A stretch of 64,000 nt of DNA from an uncultured delta proteobacterium (GTDB taxonomy: Bacteria > Myxococcota_A > UBA9160 > UBA4427), in NCBI GenBank assembly GCA_963822965.1, contig CAWGJT010000006.1, positions 480,001 through 544,000 on the forward strand, in the 5' to 3' direction. Positions 19,442 to 29,085 of the stretch are shown in pieces. The notes under the pieces are model-generated. The model worked only from the letters and a program-made list of their open reading frames with translations. It ran no database searches and had not been told where the DNA came from. Positions within the stretch are counted from its first letter, which is position 1. Every line of letters starts with the position of its first letter. A program made the position numbers and the translations under genes.

Positions 19442-19995
19442 TCGAGAAACACCCACAGGAGCTTTCGACTCGCATCGTCCAGCTCGTCCGGGTGGCGGAC
19501 GGCATAGAGGTCACCCGCCACGTCGCGGATCAGCAGGCCGCCGCCCGCCAGCTCCCGCGGCCACTCGTCCCGCTCGGTCTGGAAGGTGCGCGGCCCCTGC
19601 ACCGTCTCCACCTCGAAGGTGCGGATCTCGATCTCCTCGTGCACGGAGACGATGGACTCGATCTCCATCACGAAGCCCGCTTCGGCGAGGGATTCCTCCA
19701 GCGCCTCGCGCGACTCGCGCCCCAGGCCGGCCGGATCGCGCACGAGGGCCAGCTCCTCGTCGTCCTTGTCGCGCAGCGAGACGTACTCGGCCGGCTGCGA
19801 CCACGGGAACAGGCGACACACCCGCACCGCGCGCGGCTCCGGAGAGGCGTCCGAGGCACCCCAGAGCTGTCCGTCGAGACCGCGCCACAGGCGCAGCCCG
19901 GCGGGGCTTCCGTCGGGCCGGGCGGACACGGCCGCCTCGGCCGTGTCCGCCGGTGCTTGCCCCGGCAAGGCCACTCTCGTCGACGTGTGCTTCAT
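19438..19995 (-). CDS. DUF1854 family protein
   Basis: RLFPWSQPAEYVSL, FEVETVQG.RTF, LLIRDVAG.LY; ATGA overlap with the ABC transporter stop. Confidence 0.8.
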   Translation of the reverse strand: MKHTSTRVALPGQAPADTAEAAVSARPDGSPAGLRLWRGLDGQLWGASDASPEPRAVRVCRLFPWSQPAEYVSLRDKDDEELALVRDPAGLGRESREALEESLAEAGFVMEIESIVSVHEEIEIRTFEVETVQGPRTFQTERDEWPRELAGGGLLIRDVAGDLYAVRHPDELDDASRKLLWVFLD

Positions 19996-22346
19996 GACAT
20001 CACCCCCTCGATCGGTTGAAGCGTTCCCGCAGCGGCGCTCCTTCCCCGGCCGGACTCGCTCGGCCGGAGCGTCAGCGCCTGCTGCAGCTCACACAGCTTG
20101 CGGTACGTGCCGCCGGGCCGGGCCAGCAGATCCCGGTGGGTGCCGTGCTCGATCAGGCGCCCCTCTTCGACGACGAAGATGCGGTCCGCCCGGCGCAGGG
20201 TGGAGAGCCGGTGGGCGATCGCGAAGACCGTCCGATTCGCCACCAGGCGATCGAGGGCCTCCTGGATCTTGTACTCGGTCTCCGTGTCGACGCTGCTCGT
20301 CGCCTCGTCGAGAATCAGGATGCGCGGGTCGTGCAGGATGGCGCGCGCGATCGAGATGCGCTGCCGCTCTCCGCCCGAGAGCGTGTGCCCTCGCTCCCCC
20401 ACGATGGTGTCGTAGCCGTTGGGCAGCTTGCACAGGAAGTCGTGGGCGTTCGCCGCCCCCGCCGCCTCGATCACCTGCGCGAGGGAAGCGCCGGGCTTCC
20501 CATAGCGGATGTTCTCCACCACGCTGCCGTGGAACAGATACGGGTCCTGCAACACCATGCCGAGCTGCTCGCGGTAGTGGCCGGTGTCGAGATCGCGCAC
20601 GTCGACCCCGTCGACGAGCACGCGCCCGCCGGTCACGTCGTAGAAGCGCGCGATCAGGTTCGTGACCGTGCTCTTGCCGCCCCCGGAAGGCCCCACCAGG
20701 CCGATCACCTCGCCCGGCTCGACGTCGAAGGAGATGCCCCGAATCACCTGGCGCACCCCGTCGTAGCCGAAGACCACGTCCTCGAAGCGCACGCGACCCT
20801 CGACGGGCTCGAGCCTCACGGCCTCGGGCCGGTCGGTCACCTGGGGCTGGGTGTCGAGCACCTCGAAGATGCGGTGGGCCGAGCTCGTCGCCCGATTCAT
20901 GATGCGGGCGATCTGCCCGATCACGTCGATCGGCGCGATGAACATGGTCATGTAGAGCAGGAACTGCACGAAGGTGCCGGACGAGAGCGTCCGCCCCGTC
21001 GGGCCGTTCCCCAGCACCCGCGGAATCGCGAGCACCCACACCAGCACCACCATGCCCCGCACCACGAACATGAGCAGCGGCCAGAAGGTGGTCCACACGG
21101 CATGCAGCCGGTTGAACTCCGCCGTCGCGTCGTAGTTCCGCAGGCCGAAACGGTGCTTCTCGTGGGCCTCCCGGTTGAAGGCCTTCACCACGCGCATACC
21201 CGGAATCGTGTCCGAGACGACGTCGGTCACCCGAGACCACTTGCGCCAGGCGCGCAGGAAGATCCGGTTCATGCGTCGGCCCTGCCAGTACGTCGCCCAG
21301 CACAGGAACGGCACGGGCAGGGTCATCACCAGGCCCATCCGCCAGTCGAGGTGGATGAGCATCCCGCACAGGCCGACCAGCATGATGAACGAGAGCGATA
21401 CGTCCACCACGCCCAGCGCGATGAACTCCCACAGCCGGTCCGTGTCCGAGATGACCCGCGTGATCAGGCTGCCCGTCTTCTTGCGCGAGTAGAACGAGAG
21501 CGAGAGCTCCTGCAGGTGCTCGTACAGCTCGGTGCGCAGGTCGCGGGCCACGTGCTCGCCCAGCACCGCCATCCAGCGAAGCCGCACCCAGGCGCAGACC
21601 TGCCGCAGCGCGTAGGCTGCCGCGATCGCACCGACGGACCACCACGCCAGGCGCAGGCCCTGGGCGACGGACATCGTGCCGGCCTCCACCGGCTTCACGA
21701 TGTCGTCGATGATGGTGCCCGCCAGGTACGGCGGAACCAGCGACAGCAGGGTGAGGAACGTGGCGGAGATCATCCCGAAGGCCACGTGCCCCTTGTAGGG
21801 CGCGAGGTACGAGAGCAGCCGCCAGATGACGGCCATGTCGTTCGCCGCCACCAGGGCCTGGGCGTCGCGGACGGGGCCTGCCACGGCGTCCGCGTAGACT
21901 CCGTCCGGCTCCTGCGAGGGCACGTCGCGGCCGGCGAGCTGCTGCTCGACGACGAACTGGATGTTCTCCATGGCGCGCCGCTGCCGGTGGGTGAAGCGCA
22001 CCCGCGCCAGGGCCGGCTCGTCCGGATCGCCCAGGAACGAGAGCGAGCTGCACGAGAGTCCCGGGTCCAGGCGCACGTCGCGGATCGACGAGCGGGGGAA
22101 GCTGCGCACGACCGGATGGGCGTCGCCGTCCTCGCGCGCGAGGGCCACGCGCTCGGGGCCGAGCGCGACCCAGGTCGCAGCGAAGCGCAGCGAAGCGTCG
22201 AGGTCCGCCATTGCGTAGAGCTGGACGGGCTGGCCCTGGAAGTCCTCCTCGATGCCGGCGCGCAGGCGCGCCGGCAGCCGGTGGGGCTGGTCGGTGTAGC
22301 GGTCGATGATCTCGCGATCGCACTCGACGGCGGTAACGGCCTGCAT
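19992..22346 (-). CDS. ABC transporter, fused permease/ATPase with extra N-terminal domain
   Basis: Walker A GPSGGGKST, LSGGERQR, ILILDEATS; about 170-aa N-terminal extension; RBS GGAG before ATG 22346. Confidence 0.93.
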   Translation of the reverse strand: MQAVTAVECDREIIDRYTDQPHRLPARLRAGIEEDFQGQPVQLYAMADLDASLRFAATWVALGPERVALAREDGDAHPVVRSFPRSSIRDVRLDPGLSCSSLSFLGDPDEPALARVRFTHRQRRAMENIQFVVEQQLAGRDVPSQEPDGVYADAVAGPVRDAQALVAANDMAVIWRLLSYLAPYKGHVAFGMISATFLTLLSLVPPYLAGTIIDDIVKPVEAGTMSVAQGLRLAWWSVGAIAAAYALRQVCAWVRLRWMAVLGEHVARDLRTELYEHLQELSLSFYSRKKTGSLITRVISDTDRLWEFIALGVVDVSLSFIMLVGLCGMLIHLDWRMGLVMTLPVPFLCWATYWQGRRMNRIFLRAWRKWSRVTDVVSDTIPGMRVVKAFNREAHEKHRFGLRNYDATAEFNRLHAVWTTFWPLLMFVVRGMVVLVWVLAIPRVLGNGPTGRTLSSGTFVQFLLYMTMFIAPIDVIGQIARIMNRATSSAHRIFEVLDTQPQVTDRPEAVRLEPVEGRVRFEDVVFGYDGVRQVIRGISFDVEPGEVIGLVGPSGGGKSTVTNLIARFYDVTGGRVLVDGVDVRDLDTGHYREQLGMVLQDPYLFHGSVVENIRYGKPGASLAQVIEAAGAANAHDFLCKLPNGYDTIVGERGHTLSGGERQRISIARAILHDPRILILDEATSSVDTETEYKIQEALDRLVANRTVFAIAHRLSTLRRADRIFVVEEGRLIEHGTHRDLLARPGGTYRKLCELQQALTLRPSESGRGRSAAAGTLQPIEGVMS

Positions 22347-22436
22347 GCTCGGTTCTCCGTTCGCTTCGCGCGCGGGGCGCTCTCTCGCGGCTTGCTTCGA
22401 TGGCTCGCTTCGTGTGCTGCGGCGTCGGCCAGGCCC

Positions 22437-22479
22437 GGAAAACGAAAACGGCCTTCCGGGATGCACCCGGAAGGCCGTT
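22437..22479 (-). terminator. Intrinsic terminator (attenuator) upstream of the ABC transporter
   Basis: 14-bp perfect stem AACGGCCTTCCGGG-TGCAT-CCCGGAAGGCCGTT followed by TTCGTTTT. Confidence 0.85.
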
Positions 22480-22502
22480 GGGAGATCGAGACTCCACCTG
22501 GC

Positions 22503-22709
22503 TCAGGGTGCGGCGCGTCCTCCGGTGTCCACGGGCTGCTGGACGGACGGAACCGGGTGACCCGTAACGAATCCAGCGGTCGCGACGGACGCGAATCCAG
22601 CGCTCGCGGCGCAAGCGCCATGCGCGCGCTCACCCGCGCACGCGTCGCCCGAGAACGCCATCGCGTTCTCGAGGAGCGTCTGGATCGAGTTCCGTCTCGT
22701 GAGAGTCAT
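22503..22709 (-). CDS. Putative 68-aa leader peptide (MTLTRRNSIQ...DTGGRAAP)
   Basis: Lies between a sigma70 promoter and the terminator; GGAGG upstream; stop codon 23 nt before the hairpin. Confidence 0.55.
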   Translation of the reverse strand: MTLTRRNSIQTLLENAMAFSGDACAGERAHGACAASAGFASVATAGFVTGHPVPSVQQPVDTGGRAAP

Positions 22710-22782
22710 CGGACCTGGATCGCCTCCATCTCGTTCCGTCGGAAAACCATTCGGGGCCAGGTGTCGCGAAATCGGTGGCGGG

Positions 22783-22810
22783 ATTCTACGGGACGACCTC
22801 GACACGTCAA
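22783..22810 (-). promoter_or_regulatory. Sigma70-type promoter
   Basis: Minus strand TTGACG-N16-TAGAAT. Confidence 0.7.
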
Positions 22811-23006
22811 GGCGTCGTGGGACGCTCCGCTGCCAGCCCGCTGCCAGCCGGCGTCTCTTCGGTCGCGAAGCGGTCGCGCTGAAGCGGAGATCTCGCGGCG
22901 TGCCGCGCTGCGTCAGCCCGGCGCGGGTCTGGGGTATGCTCCGGCCCCCGCGCCCGGCCGTCGCCGGGCCCGGCGACGCGACGACGGCACGCAAGGAGAC
23001 CTCGAA

Positions 23007-24026
23007 ATGTCCTCGGATCTGAAGCTCGGCCTCCAGCTCGGCTACTGGGGCGCCCAGAAGCCCGCGAACCACGTGGAGCTCGCCCAGGAGGCGGAGCGCC
23101 TCGGCTACGACTCGGTCTGGACCGCCGAGGCCTGGGGGTCGGACGCCCTGACCCCCCTCGCCTGGATCGGCGCCAACACCTCCCGGGTCCGCCTCGGCAC
23201 CTCCGTCGCCCAGCTCTCGGCCCGCACGCCCACCGCGGCCGCCATGGCGGCGCTCACCCTGGACCACCTGTCGAACGGCCGGATGATCCTGGGCCTCGGC
23301 GTCTCCGGTCCCCAGGTGGTCGAAGGCTGGTACGGCCAGCCCTTCGCCAAGCCCCTGGCCCGCACCCGCGAGTACGTGGACATCGTGCGCCAGGTGCTTC
23401 GGCGCGAGGCGCCCGTGCAGAACGACGGCCCGCACTATCCCCTTCCCTACCACGGGCCGGGCTCGTGGGGCCTCGGCAAGCCCCTGCGGTCGATCACCCA
23501 CCCCCTGCGGGCCGATCTCCCGATCTTCCTCGGGGCGGAGGGGCCGAAGAACGTCGCCCTGGCCGCCGAGATCGCCGACGGCTGGCTGCCCCTCTACTAC
23601 TCGCCCTTCCGCCAGGAGGTCTACGCCGAGTCCCTGGCGCACCGGAAGCCCGGCTTCGAGATCGCCCAGCTCGTACTCGTCAACGTGAACGACGACCTCG
23701 AAGCAGCGCTCGGCCCCGTGAAGGCCATGCTCGGCTTCTACATCGGCGGCATGGGCGCCAAGAAGCGCAACTTCCACATGGAGCTCATGAGCCGCATGGG
23801 CTTCGAGGCCGAGGCCGTCAAGATCCAGGAGCTCTTCTTCGAGGGGAAGCGGGCCGAGGCGGTGGCCATGGTGCCGTCCCAGTTCGCCGACGAGATCTCC
23901 CTGTGCGGGCCCGTGGAGCGCATCCGCGAACGCCTGCAGGCATGGCGCGAGACGCCGGTCACGACGCTGCTCGTCGGCGGCGGCGATCCCGCCACCCTGC
24001 GCACCATGGCCGAGCTGGTTCTCTGA
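23007..24026 (+). CDS. LLM-class F420-dependent oxidoreductase
   Basis: LGYWG, VWTAEAWGSDA, LGLGVSGPQVVEGWYG, GAEGPKNV, ADGWLP. Confidence 0.92.
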   Translation: MSSDLKLGLQLGYWGAQKPANHVELAQEAERLGYDSVWTAEAWGSDALTPLAWIGANTSRVRLGTSVAQLSARTPTAAAMAALTLDHLSNGRMILGLGVSGPQVVEGWYGQPFAKPLARTREYVDIVRQVLRREAPVQNDGPHYPLPYHGPGSWGLGKPLRSITHPLRADLPIFLGAEGPKNVALAAEIADGWLPLYYSPFRQEVYAESLAHRKPGFEIAQLVLVNVNDDLEAALGPVKAMLGFYIGGMGAKKRNFHMELMSRMGFEAEAVKIQELFFEGKRAEAVAMVPSQFADEISLCGPVERIRERLQAWRETPVTTLLVGGGDPATLRTMAELVL

Positions 24027-24028
24027 CC

Positions 24029-24682
24029 GTGACGCTGCGCTTCGAGCTCTACTGGTCGTTCCGCTCGCCCTACTCGTACCTGGCCACGCCGCGCATCGTG
24101 GCGCTGTGCGAGACGTACGACCTCGAGTGCGACGTGCGACCCGTCTACCCGATCGCAGTCCGCACCCCGGACTTCTTCGACCGGGTGAACCCCATGTGGC
24201 CGCCCTATCTGCTGCGGGACACGGTGCGCATCGCGCAGATGCACGGCATCCCCTACCGCTGGCCGCGCCCCGATCCCATCGTGCAGGACTTCGCGAAGCG
24301 GGAGATCGCGAAGGAGCAGCCGTACATCCACCGGCTCACGCGCCTGGGAATCGCCGCGGCGGAGCGCGGGCGCGGGCTTCCCTTCCTGCGGGAGGTGAGC
24401 CACACCATCTGGTCGGGCGAGGTGGACGACTGGCACGAGGGCCCGCACCTGGCGCGGGCCGCGGAGCGGGCCGGACTCGACCTGGCGGAGCTCGACGCCG
24501 CCATCCTGGCCGACCCCGAAGGCCACGAGGCGAAGATCCAGGCCAACCAGGCCGCCCACGCCGCGGCGGGCCACTGGGGGGTGCCCACGTGCGTCTTCCA
24601 GGGCGAGCCCTTCTTCGGCCAGGACCGCCTCGATCACCTGCTCTGGCGCCTGGAGCAGCACGGTCTCGCGCCCCGGGCCTGA
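24029..24682 (+). CDS. 2-hydroxychromene-2-carboxylate isomerase / DsbA (GST-kappa) family
   Basis: WSFRSPYSYL, GHWGVPT, FFGQDR. Confidence 0.9.
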   Translation: MTLRFELYWSFRSPYSYLATPRIVALCETYDLECDVRPVYPIAVRTPDFFDRVNPMWPPYLLRDTVRIAQMHGIPYRWPRPDPIVQDFAKREIAKEQPYIHRLTRLGIAAAERGRGLPFLREVSHTIWSGEVDDWHEGPHLARAAERAGLDLAELDAAILADPEGHEAKIQANQAAHAAAGHWGVPTCVFQGEPFFGQDRLDHLLWRLEQHGLAPRA

Positions 24683-24695
24683 GGCGGGAATGAGA

Positions 24696-25217
24696 TCAGG
24701 CGGGATTCCGCTGCTCGTAGACGCCGTGCTGGCCCGGGGTCTCGGAGATCGAGACCCGCAGCCTGCGCACCTGGGAGCGGCCGAAGCGCTCCGTCAGGCG
24801 GCGATCGAGCTCGCGACCGAACCAGGTGGAGAGGTTCTCCACCGAGCTGTTGTTCACGGGCAGCACGATCACGTCGTGGCTCGGGACGAGGTAGCGGTCC
24901 TGGTGGTAGACCACGGAGGTGTGCCCGTCGTCCCGTCGCTCGATCTGGAGCTCCGGATGCAGGCCCGGCACCAGCCAGTGCTCGTCGAGCTCGTCGCACA
25001 GCGCGCGCACGACGGGCTTCGCGTCGAGGAAGTCGATCACCAGGCCGCGGTCGCTGAGATCGCCCTCGATCTCCACCTCGACGTGGTAGTTGTGCCCGTG
25101 GAGCCGCTCCTTCGTCCCGTCCGGAAAGATGAGGAAGTGGGCGCACGAGAACTTGAAGTACTCCTTCCGGAGGTGAATCGACCAGGCTTCCTGCGTGGAC
25201 TCGGGAGGGGCGGACAT
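24696..25217 (-). CDS. 6-pyruvoyl-tetrahydropterin synthase family, PTPS-III type
   Basis: FSCAHF, ERLHGHNY (ExxHGH), IDF, SSVENL, SETPGQ. Confidence 0.88.
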   Translation of the reverse strand: MSAPPESTQEAWSIHLRKEYFKFSCAHFLIFPDGTKERLHGHNYHVEVEIEGDLSDRGLVIDFLDAKPVVRALCDELDEHWLVPGLHPELQIERRDDGHTSVVYHQDRYLVPSHDVIVLPVNNSSVENLSTWFGRELDRRLTERFGRSQVRRLRVSISETPGQHGVYEQRNPA

Positions 25218-25273
25218 GGCCAGAGCATAGACGCTCGCGGGGCTTCCCCAAGACCCACGGCGGGGCGGCCTTC

Positions 25274-26065
25274 GTGAGCACCCGACCCCGGGACCCCTGC
25301 CTGCTGGGGGTGGTGAACGTGTCCCCGGAATCGCGGATGAGCGACTCGATCGCGCGGACGCCCGACGACATCCTGGGCCGGGCCGCGGCGCTCACCGCTC
25401 ACGGCGTGCAGGTGATCGACGTGGGCGGACGCTCGGTCACCCCCGACGTTCCGATGATCGAAGACGCCGTCGAGCAGCGCCGCCTCGAGCCCGCCGTGAA
25501 GCTGCTGCACGAGGCGGGGCATCGGCTCTCGGTGGACACCTGGTCGCCCGAGACGGCCCTGCGCGCCATCGCCTGGGGCGTCGAGCTGCTGAACTACACC
25601 GGCGCGAGCGTCCCGGACGCCCTCCTCGATGCGGCGGCCGCCGCCGGAACGAAGCTCACCCTCTCCTACATGCCCTACGGAGACGCCTACCGGATGCGCG
25701 CCCGGCCCCGCGTCCCCTACCGCATGGACGCCGTCCGCGACTTCCTGGCGCCCCGGGTCGAACGGGCGCGACGGGCTGGCGTGCGGGAGGTCGTCGTCGA
25801 TCCCAACCTCGGCATCCTGCACCCGGAGACCGACGACTACCAGAAGGTCCACCTGCAGATGCACGTGCTCGCGAACGTGGAGCGGCTCCGCGGCCTCGGC
25901 TGCAAGGTGATGCTCCACGCCGCCCGCAAGCCCGAGCGGGAAGCCCGCATCCTGTTTGCCGAGGCGGTGCTGCGGGCGCGCCCGGACTACGTCCGAACCC
26001 ACGAGCCCGAGATCCTGGAGCGCCTGATGGCCGCCGCCCGGGAGACCGGCGAAGAGACCGGCTGA
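25274..26065 (+). CDS. folP: Dihydropteroate synthase-like (pterin-binding TIM barrel), divergent
   Basis: GVVNVSPES, IDVGG.S, LSVDTW, VVDPNLG, ARK, VRTHE. Confidence 0.75.
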   Translation: MSTRPRDPCLLGVVNVSPESRMSDSIARTPDDILGRAAALTAHGVQVIDVGGRSVTPDVPMIEDAVEQRRLEPAVKLLHEAGHRLSVDTWSPETALRAIAWGVELLNYTGASVPDALLDAAAAAGTKLTLSYMPYGDAYRMRARPRVPYRMDAVRDFLAPRVERARRAGVREVVVDPNLGILHPETDDYQKVHLQMHVLANVERLRGLGCKVMLHAARKPEREARILFAEAVLRARPDYVRTHEPEILERLMAAARETGEETG

Positions 26066-26075
26066 GCGGCTCGAG

Positions 26076-26672
26076 CTACCGGCCCGCCTGGCCGAGGGAG
26101 CCCGTCGGGCTCCCTTGGCGCCGGAACCGCAGCCGGGGATCTCCCGGGTCGCGCTCCCGGCTTCCCGGGTCCGGACGACCCCGACGTCCCCGCGCCGAGG
26201 CCGCTCCCGCCGTCGCGCCGTCCCGTGCGCGCTCGCGTCGGAGGGCGTGGAACTCCCCGGCGACGCGCAGGATGAGCTGCCGCACGAGGATCAGCATCAG
26301 CAGTCCGGCCGCGTAGCTCGTGGCGACCAGGACGGTCTGGTAGTCGTCCGCGCTCACCGCCGTCTTCGAGGCCGCCAGGCCCCACAGGTTGCGAAGGCCC
26401 CTGATCTCGAGGAATCGCCTCGCCAGCGCGCCGGCGACGAGCGCGCTGGTCCCCGCCACGGCGTTCACCAGCACCTCGTTGCCGAAGAAGGCCAGCAGGC
26501 CGCGGCGGGAGGGCAGGTGCGTATCGCGGGCGACCCTCGCACAGCTCTCGAAGCCGTCGGAGACGGCCTGCGCGAGGGGCGCGCGCCGCGCACGCGCACC
26601 GCGCCGACCGGCCGGCCGCGACAGGCCGGGGGCCGTACACGAAACGCTCTCTGCCTGGGAAGATCCCTGCAT
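26076..26672 (-). CDS. Hypothetical membrane protein
   Basis: Two hydrophobic segments around RGLRNLWGL; start codon uncertain. Confidence 0.45.
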   Translation of the reverse strand: MQGSSQAESVSCTAPGLSRPAGRRGARARRAPLAQAVSDGFESCARVARDTHLPSRRGLLAFFGNEVLVNAVAGTSALVAGALARRFLEIRGLRNLWGLAASKTAVSADDYQTVLVATSYAAGLLMLILVRQLILRVAGEFHALRRERARDGATAGAASARGRRGRPDPGSRERDPGDPRLRFRRQGSPTGSLGQAGR

Positions 26673-26849
26673 GACGCTCCGACCCCGTCCCCGCGACGGG
26701 GGCTCCGGGCGGTCCGCTCGGAGCCGCACCCCCGATGATCGGCAGTGCCGGCGACGGGCTCGTGACGGATGTCACGGGATGGCCACGTCGTGCGGGTCGC
26801 GAAGCGAGGCGCGACCCCGGTCTGCCGAAACGCGCGTGACGCGTCCCGG

Positions 26850-27836
26850 CTATGCGCTCCCGAAGGTCTCGGCGATGGCCAGCAGGTTCTCCTGCACCCG
26901 CTCGGGCTTCATGCCGACGCTCGGTGAGTAGAGAAGCAGGTGGTCCGAGAGCCCCTCCCACTGGCGGATGCGGTCGCGCACCTCGTCCGGGGTACCCGCC
27001 ACGGCGATGGCGTCCACCATCTCGTCGGGCACCGCCGCCTCCATCGCCTTGAAGTCCATGCGACGGAACGCGTCCGCGATGGTCTCGCCGATGCCCCGCC
27101 AGCCGTGGACGTCGAGCACCGAGTGATAGAGGCGCGTGGTGTAGTAGAAGGCGATCTGGGCCCGGGCTTCCCGGCGCGCCTGCTCGCGGTCGCTCGAGAT
27201 GGACGTGATGACGTACGGCGCCAGCTCGCAGGCCGTCCCCTCGAGCCGCGGCAGCACCTTCTCGGCGATGTACTTGCGGGTGTAGATCGGGTGGCCGATG
27301 AGACCGTCCGCGGTGGTGGCCGCGGTGCGGATCATGTGCTTGTTGACGGCCGCCAGGTAGATCGGGATCCGCTCCCGGGGCGCGCCCGGCCGCGCGTACT
27401 GGGGGATCTTCACCTGGTAGTACTTGCCCTCGTAGCGCAGGCCGCCGCCCTTCTGGGCCGCGAAGGCGGCGCGGATCAGCTCGATGGCCTCGCGCATGCG
27501 CGGCGCCGGCGGATCGTCGAAGGGCATCGAGTACCAGTTGACGTTCATCGATCGGGTGCCGCTGCCGAGGCCGAGGATGACCCGGCCGTTCGAGATCTCG
27601 TCCAGGTCCATGGCCGCCGAGGCGGCGAGCATCGGAGTGCGCATGAACGCATAGGCGATGGCGGTGCCCACCTTCACGCGCTCGGTGGCCGCAGCCACCG
27701 CACCCAGGCGCACGAAGCCGTGCTGGTGGAAGAACTCGAGGGTCCACACCGAATGGAAGCCGTGGCGCTCGGCGGCCCGGGCCGCCGCGATCTGGTCGGC
27801 GATCGAGGCGGCCGTGAGGATCATTCCGTAACGCAT
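26850..27836 (-). CDS. LLM-class flavin-dependent oxidoreductase
   Basis: GFHSVW, GTAIAYAF.RTP, GRVILGLGSG, IPIYLAAV, ADGLIGH. Confidence 0.9.
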   Translation of the reverse strand: MRYGMILTAASIADQIAAARAAERHGFHSVWTLEFFHQHGFVRLGAVAAATERVKVGTAIAYAFMRTPMLAASAAMDLDEISNGRVILGLGSGTRSMNVNWYSMPFDDPPAPRMREAIELIRAAFAAQKGGGLRYEGKYYQVKIPQYARPGAPRERIPIYLAAVNKHMIRTAATTADGLIGHPIYTRKYIAEKVLPRLEGTACELAPYVITSISSDREQARREARAQIAFYYTTRLYHSVLDVHGWRGIGETIADAFRRMDFKAMEAAVPDEMVDAIAVAGTPDEVRDRIRQWEGLSDHLLLYSPSVGMKPERVQENLLAIAETFGSA

Positions 27837-27864
27837 GAGCACCTCTTGCCCGAACGGGGCGTCG

Positions 27865-29085
27865 TCAGGGTCTGGCCGGACCGCGGTTCGCCGCGGCGTC
27901 CCGGGGCAGCCCGAGCCCGCGCTCGCCGATCACGTTCCGCTGGATGTTGCGCGTGCCGCCGGCGATGGAGCCGCCCAGAGAGCTCATGGTGGCCGTCACC
28001 CAGGCGCGGTTGTCGCGGGGCCCGGAACCGCCCGGCTCGGCCCGCTCGCCGGCCATGAGCAGGCCGTCGTCTCCCAGCAGGTCCAGCGCGATCTTCGCCT
28101 GCAGGTCGGCGATGTCGTTGCCGACGAGCTTGTTCATCAGGGTGATGATGCCGTTCGACTGTCCCCGGGCGTCGCGGCTGAGCTGGCGATACCCCGAGTA
28201 CTGGTGCGCGAGCACGTAGCCCTCCAGGGCGGCGATGCGCTGGCGGAACGTCGGGTGCTCGAGGGCCGGACGACCGTCCACCACGGAGCGCTTCGCGAGC
28301 CGCACCAGCGCCTCGAAAGCGGCGGTGGTGTTGGCCGCGTTGCCGATGGAGTTGCGCTCGTGCTTGAGGGTGGTGCGCGAGACGCTCCAGCCCTCGCCGC
28401 GCCGGCCGACGATCCAGTCGGCCGGCGTGCGCACGTCCGTCAGGAACACCTCGTTGAACGTGGAGCCGCCCGTCATCTGACGCAGGGGGCGCACCTCGAC
28501 GCCCGGCTGGTGCATGTCGATCAGCAGGTAGGAGATGCCCGCGTGCTTCGGGGCCTCGGGCTCGGTGCGCGTGAGGCAGAACATGTAGTCGGCCCGGTCG
28601 GCGCCGCTCGTCCAGATCTTCTGCCCGTCGATTCGCCACTCGTCGCCCACCCGCTCGCCCCGGGTCTTGAGGGAGGCGAGGTCGCTGCCCGAGCCGGGCT
28701 CGCTGTAGCCCTGGCACCAGACGACCCGGCCAGTGATGGTGTCGCGGACCCACTTCTCCTTCTGCCACTCGGCGCCGCGCTCGAGCAGGGTGGGCACCAG
28801 CATGGACGGGCCGATGCCGCGCACCTCGCCGGGCGCGCGGGCGGCCGCGAACTCCTCCCGCAGGACCTGGGCGGCGAGCACGTCGGACTCCTGCTCCGAG
28901 CCGCCGTACTTCTTCGGGATGTGCCGGCACAGGTAGCCGCACTCGATGGCGCGCTCGCGGAAGAGCACCCTCTGCGCCGGCCGATCCAACCGGGCCTCGT
29001 CCCCCGACAGCGGCCAGTTGGCGGACAGGAAGTCGCGCACCTCGGCGCGGAAGCGCTCGTACTCCGCGCCGTAGCTCAGGTCCAT
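27865..29085 (-). CDS. Acyl-CoA dehydrogenase
   Basis: WCQGYSEPGSGSDLASL, GQKIWTS, FNEVFL, SIAGGT.NIQRN. Confidence 0.95.
   Translation of the reverse strand: MDLSYGAEYERFRAEVRDFLSANWPLSGDEARLDRPAQRVLFRERAIECGYLCRHIPKKYGGSEQESDVLAAQVLREEFAAARAPGEVRGIGPSMLVPTLLERGAEWQKEKWVRDTITGRVVWCQGYSEPGSGSDLASLKTRGERVGDEWRIDGQKIWTSGADRADYMFCLTRTEPEAPKHAGISYLLIDMHQPGVEVRPLRQMTGGSTFNEVFLTDVRTPADWIVGRRGEGWSVSRTTLKHERNSIGNAANTTAAFEALVRLAKRSVVDGRPALEHPTFRQRIAALEGYVLAHQYSGYRQLSRDARGQSNGIITLMNKLVGNDIADLQAKIALDLLGDDGLLMAGERAEPGGSGPRDNRAWVTATMSSLGGSIAGGTRNIQRNVIGERGLGLPRDAAANRGPARP

Noticed and set aside
22503..22709. Leader ORF as a RiPP precursor exported by the ABC transporter
   Set aside because: No modifying enzymes or C39 peptidase domain nearby; the terminator/antiterminator geometry favours attenuation, though a RiPP role is not fully excluded
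20016..24026. 1336-aa ORF
   Set aside because: Antisense shadow of the ABC transporter running into the LLM gene, whose RBS-supported start is 23007
26761..26776. CGTGAC-GGAT-GTCACG palindrome containing the ECF -35 word
   Set aside because: No CGTA at 16-nt spacing on either strand, so it is not counted as an ECF promoter
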